A stretch of 19,961 bases of DNA from Octopus sinensis (Eukaryota). Every line of letters starts with the position of its first letter. Positions within the stretch are counted from its first letter, which is position 1. The stretch covers positions 1 to 19,961 of the forward strand of contig NW_021824106.1 of assembly GCF_006345805.1 (NCBI RefSeq), written 5' to 3'. A model generated the notes under the pieces. It searched no databases and was not told the DNA's origin. It saw only the letters and a list, made by a program, of their open reading frames with translations. Below, piece by piece: positions 19,538 through 19,961 of this stretch. Made by a program: the position numbers and the translations under genes.

Positions 19538-19961
19538 CACAAACACAAATACTGAAAATCTATTATTCATTGTAGGTTAATGGAAATATTAATAAAATTT
19601 AAAGCCCCATGAGACCCTACCAATTTTCCCAGTCGTTGTCAACCTTTCTGGTCCCCTTTTTTTTGTATCGATATAAATAGAATGAATGTTGCAGTTGACC
19701 ATTACTACAATTGAACTCGGATCGCTAATACAGCTGCGATTATTATTACCAAATCTGCTAGTTCACACTACAATACAAATGCGCCCATACACAGCTTCAC
19801 ACGTTCATACACATGAATGTATGTGTGTGTGGTGTGTGTGGTGTGTGTGTGTTGTGTGTGTGTGTTGGTGTGTGTGTGTGTGTGTGTGTGTGGTGGATCT
19901 TCATCCAATTATGTGAAGGACAACAACCACAGCAAACGATGCAATGACAAACGTACGCAGG

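Noticed and set aside
1119-19916. Most ORFs in the six-frame track (poly-I/L/Y, YIYI, CVCV, HTYI peptides)
   Set aside because: They are translations of microsatellites lacking stop codons, not genes.

Overview
AT-rich, microsatellite-saturated eukaryotic DNA. The SINE and LINE families look like those of octopus (cephalopod) genomes; this is recognition from memory, not a search. There is no complete protein-coding gene: nearly all ORFs in the track are low-complexity microsatellite readthroughs. The window holds a non-autonomous Helitron, about nine tRNA-derived SINE copies or fragments, decayed LINE pieces (two CR1-like, one Tx1/L1-like, two R4/Dong-like) and two weak candidate minus-strand exons. 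The main signal is five hammerhead-ribozyme motifs in three unrelated non-coding elements, probably Penelope-like pLTR or retrozyme-type. Two are canonical type I hammerheads in an identical 507-bp tandem unit (minus strand). One is a canonical type I hammerhead in an adjacent, divergently oriented element. Two are minimal hammerheads sharing a non-canonical CUGUAGA core. Most insertions sit inside microsatellites, and one SINE is flanked by a 125-130 bp direct repeat with target-site-duplication geometry.
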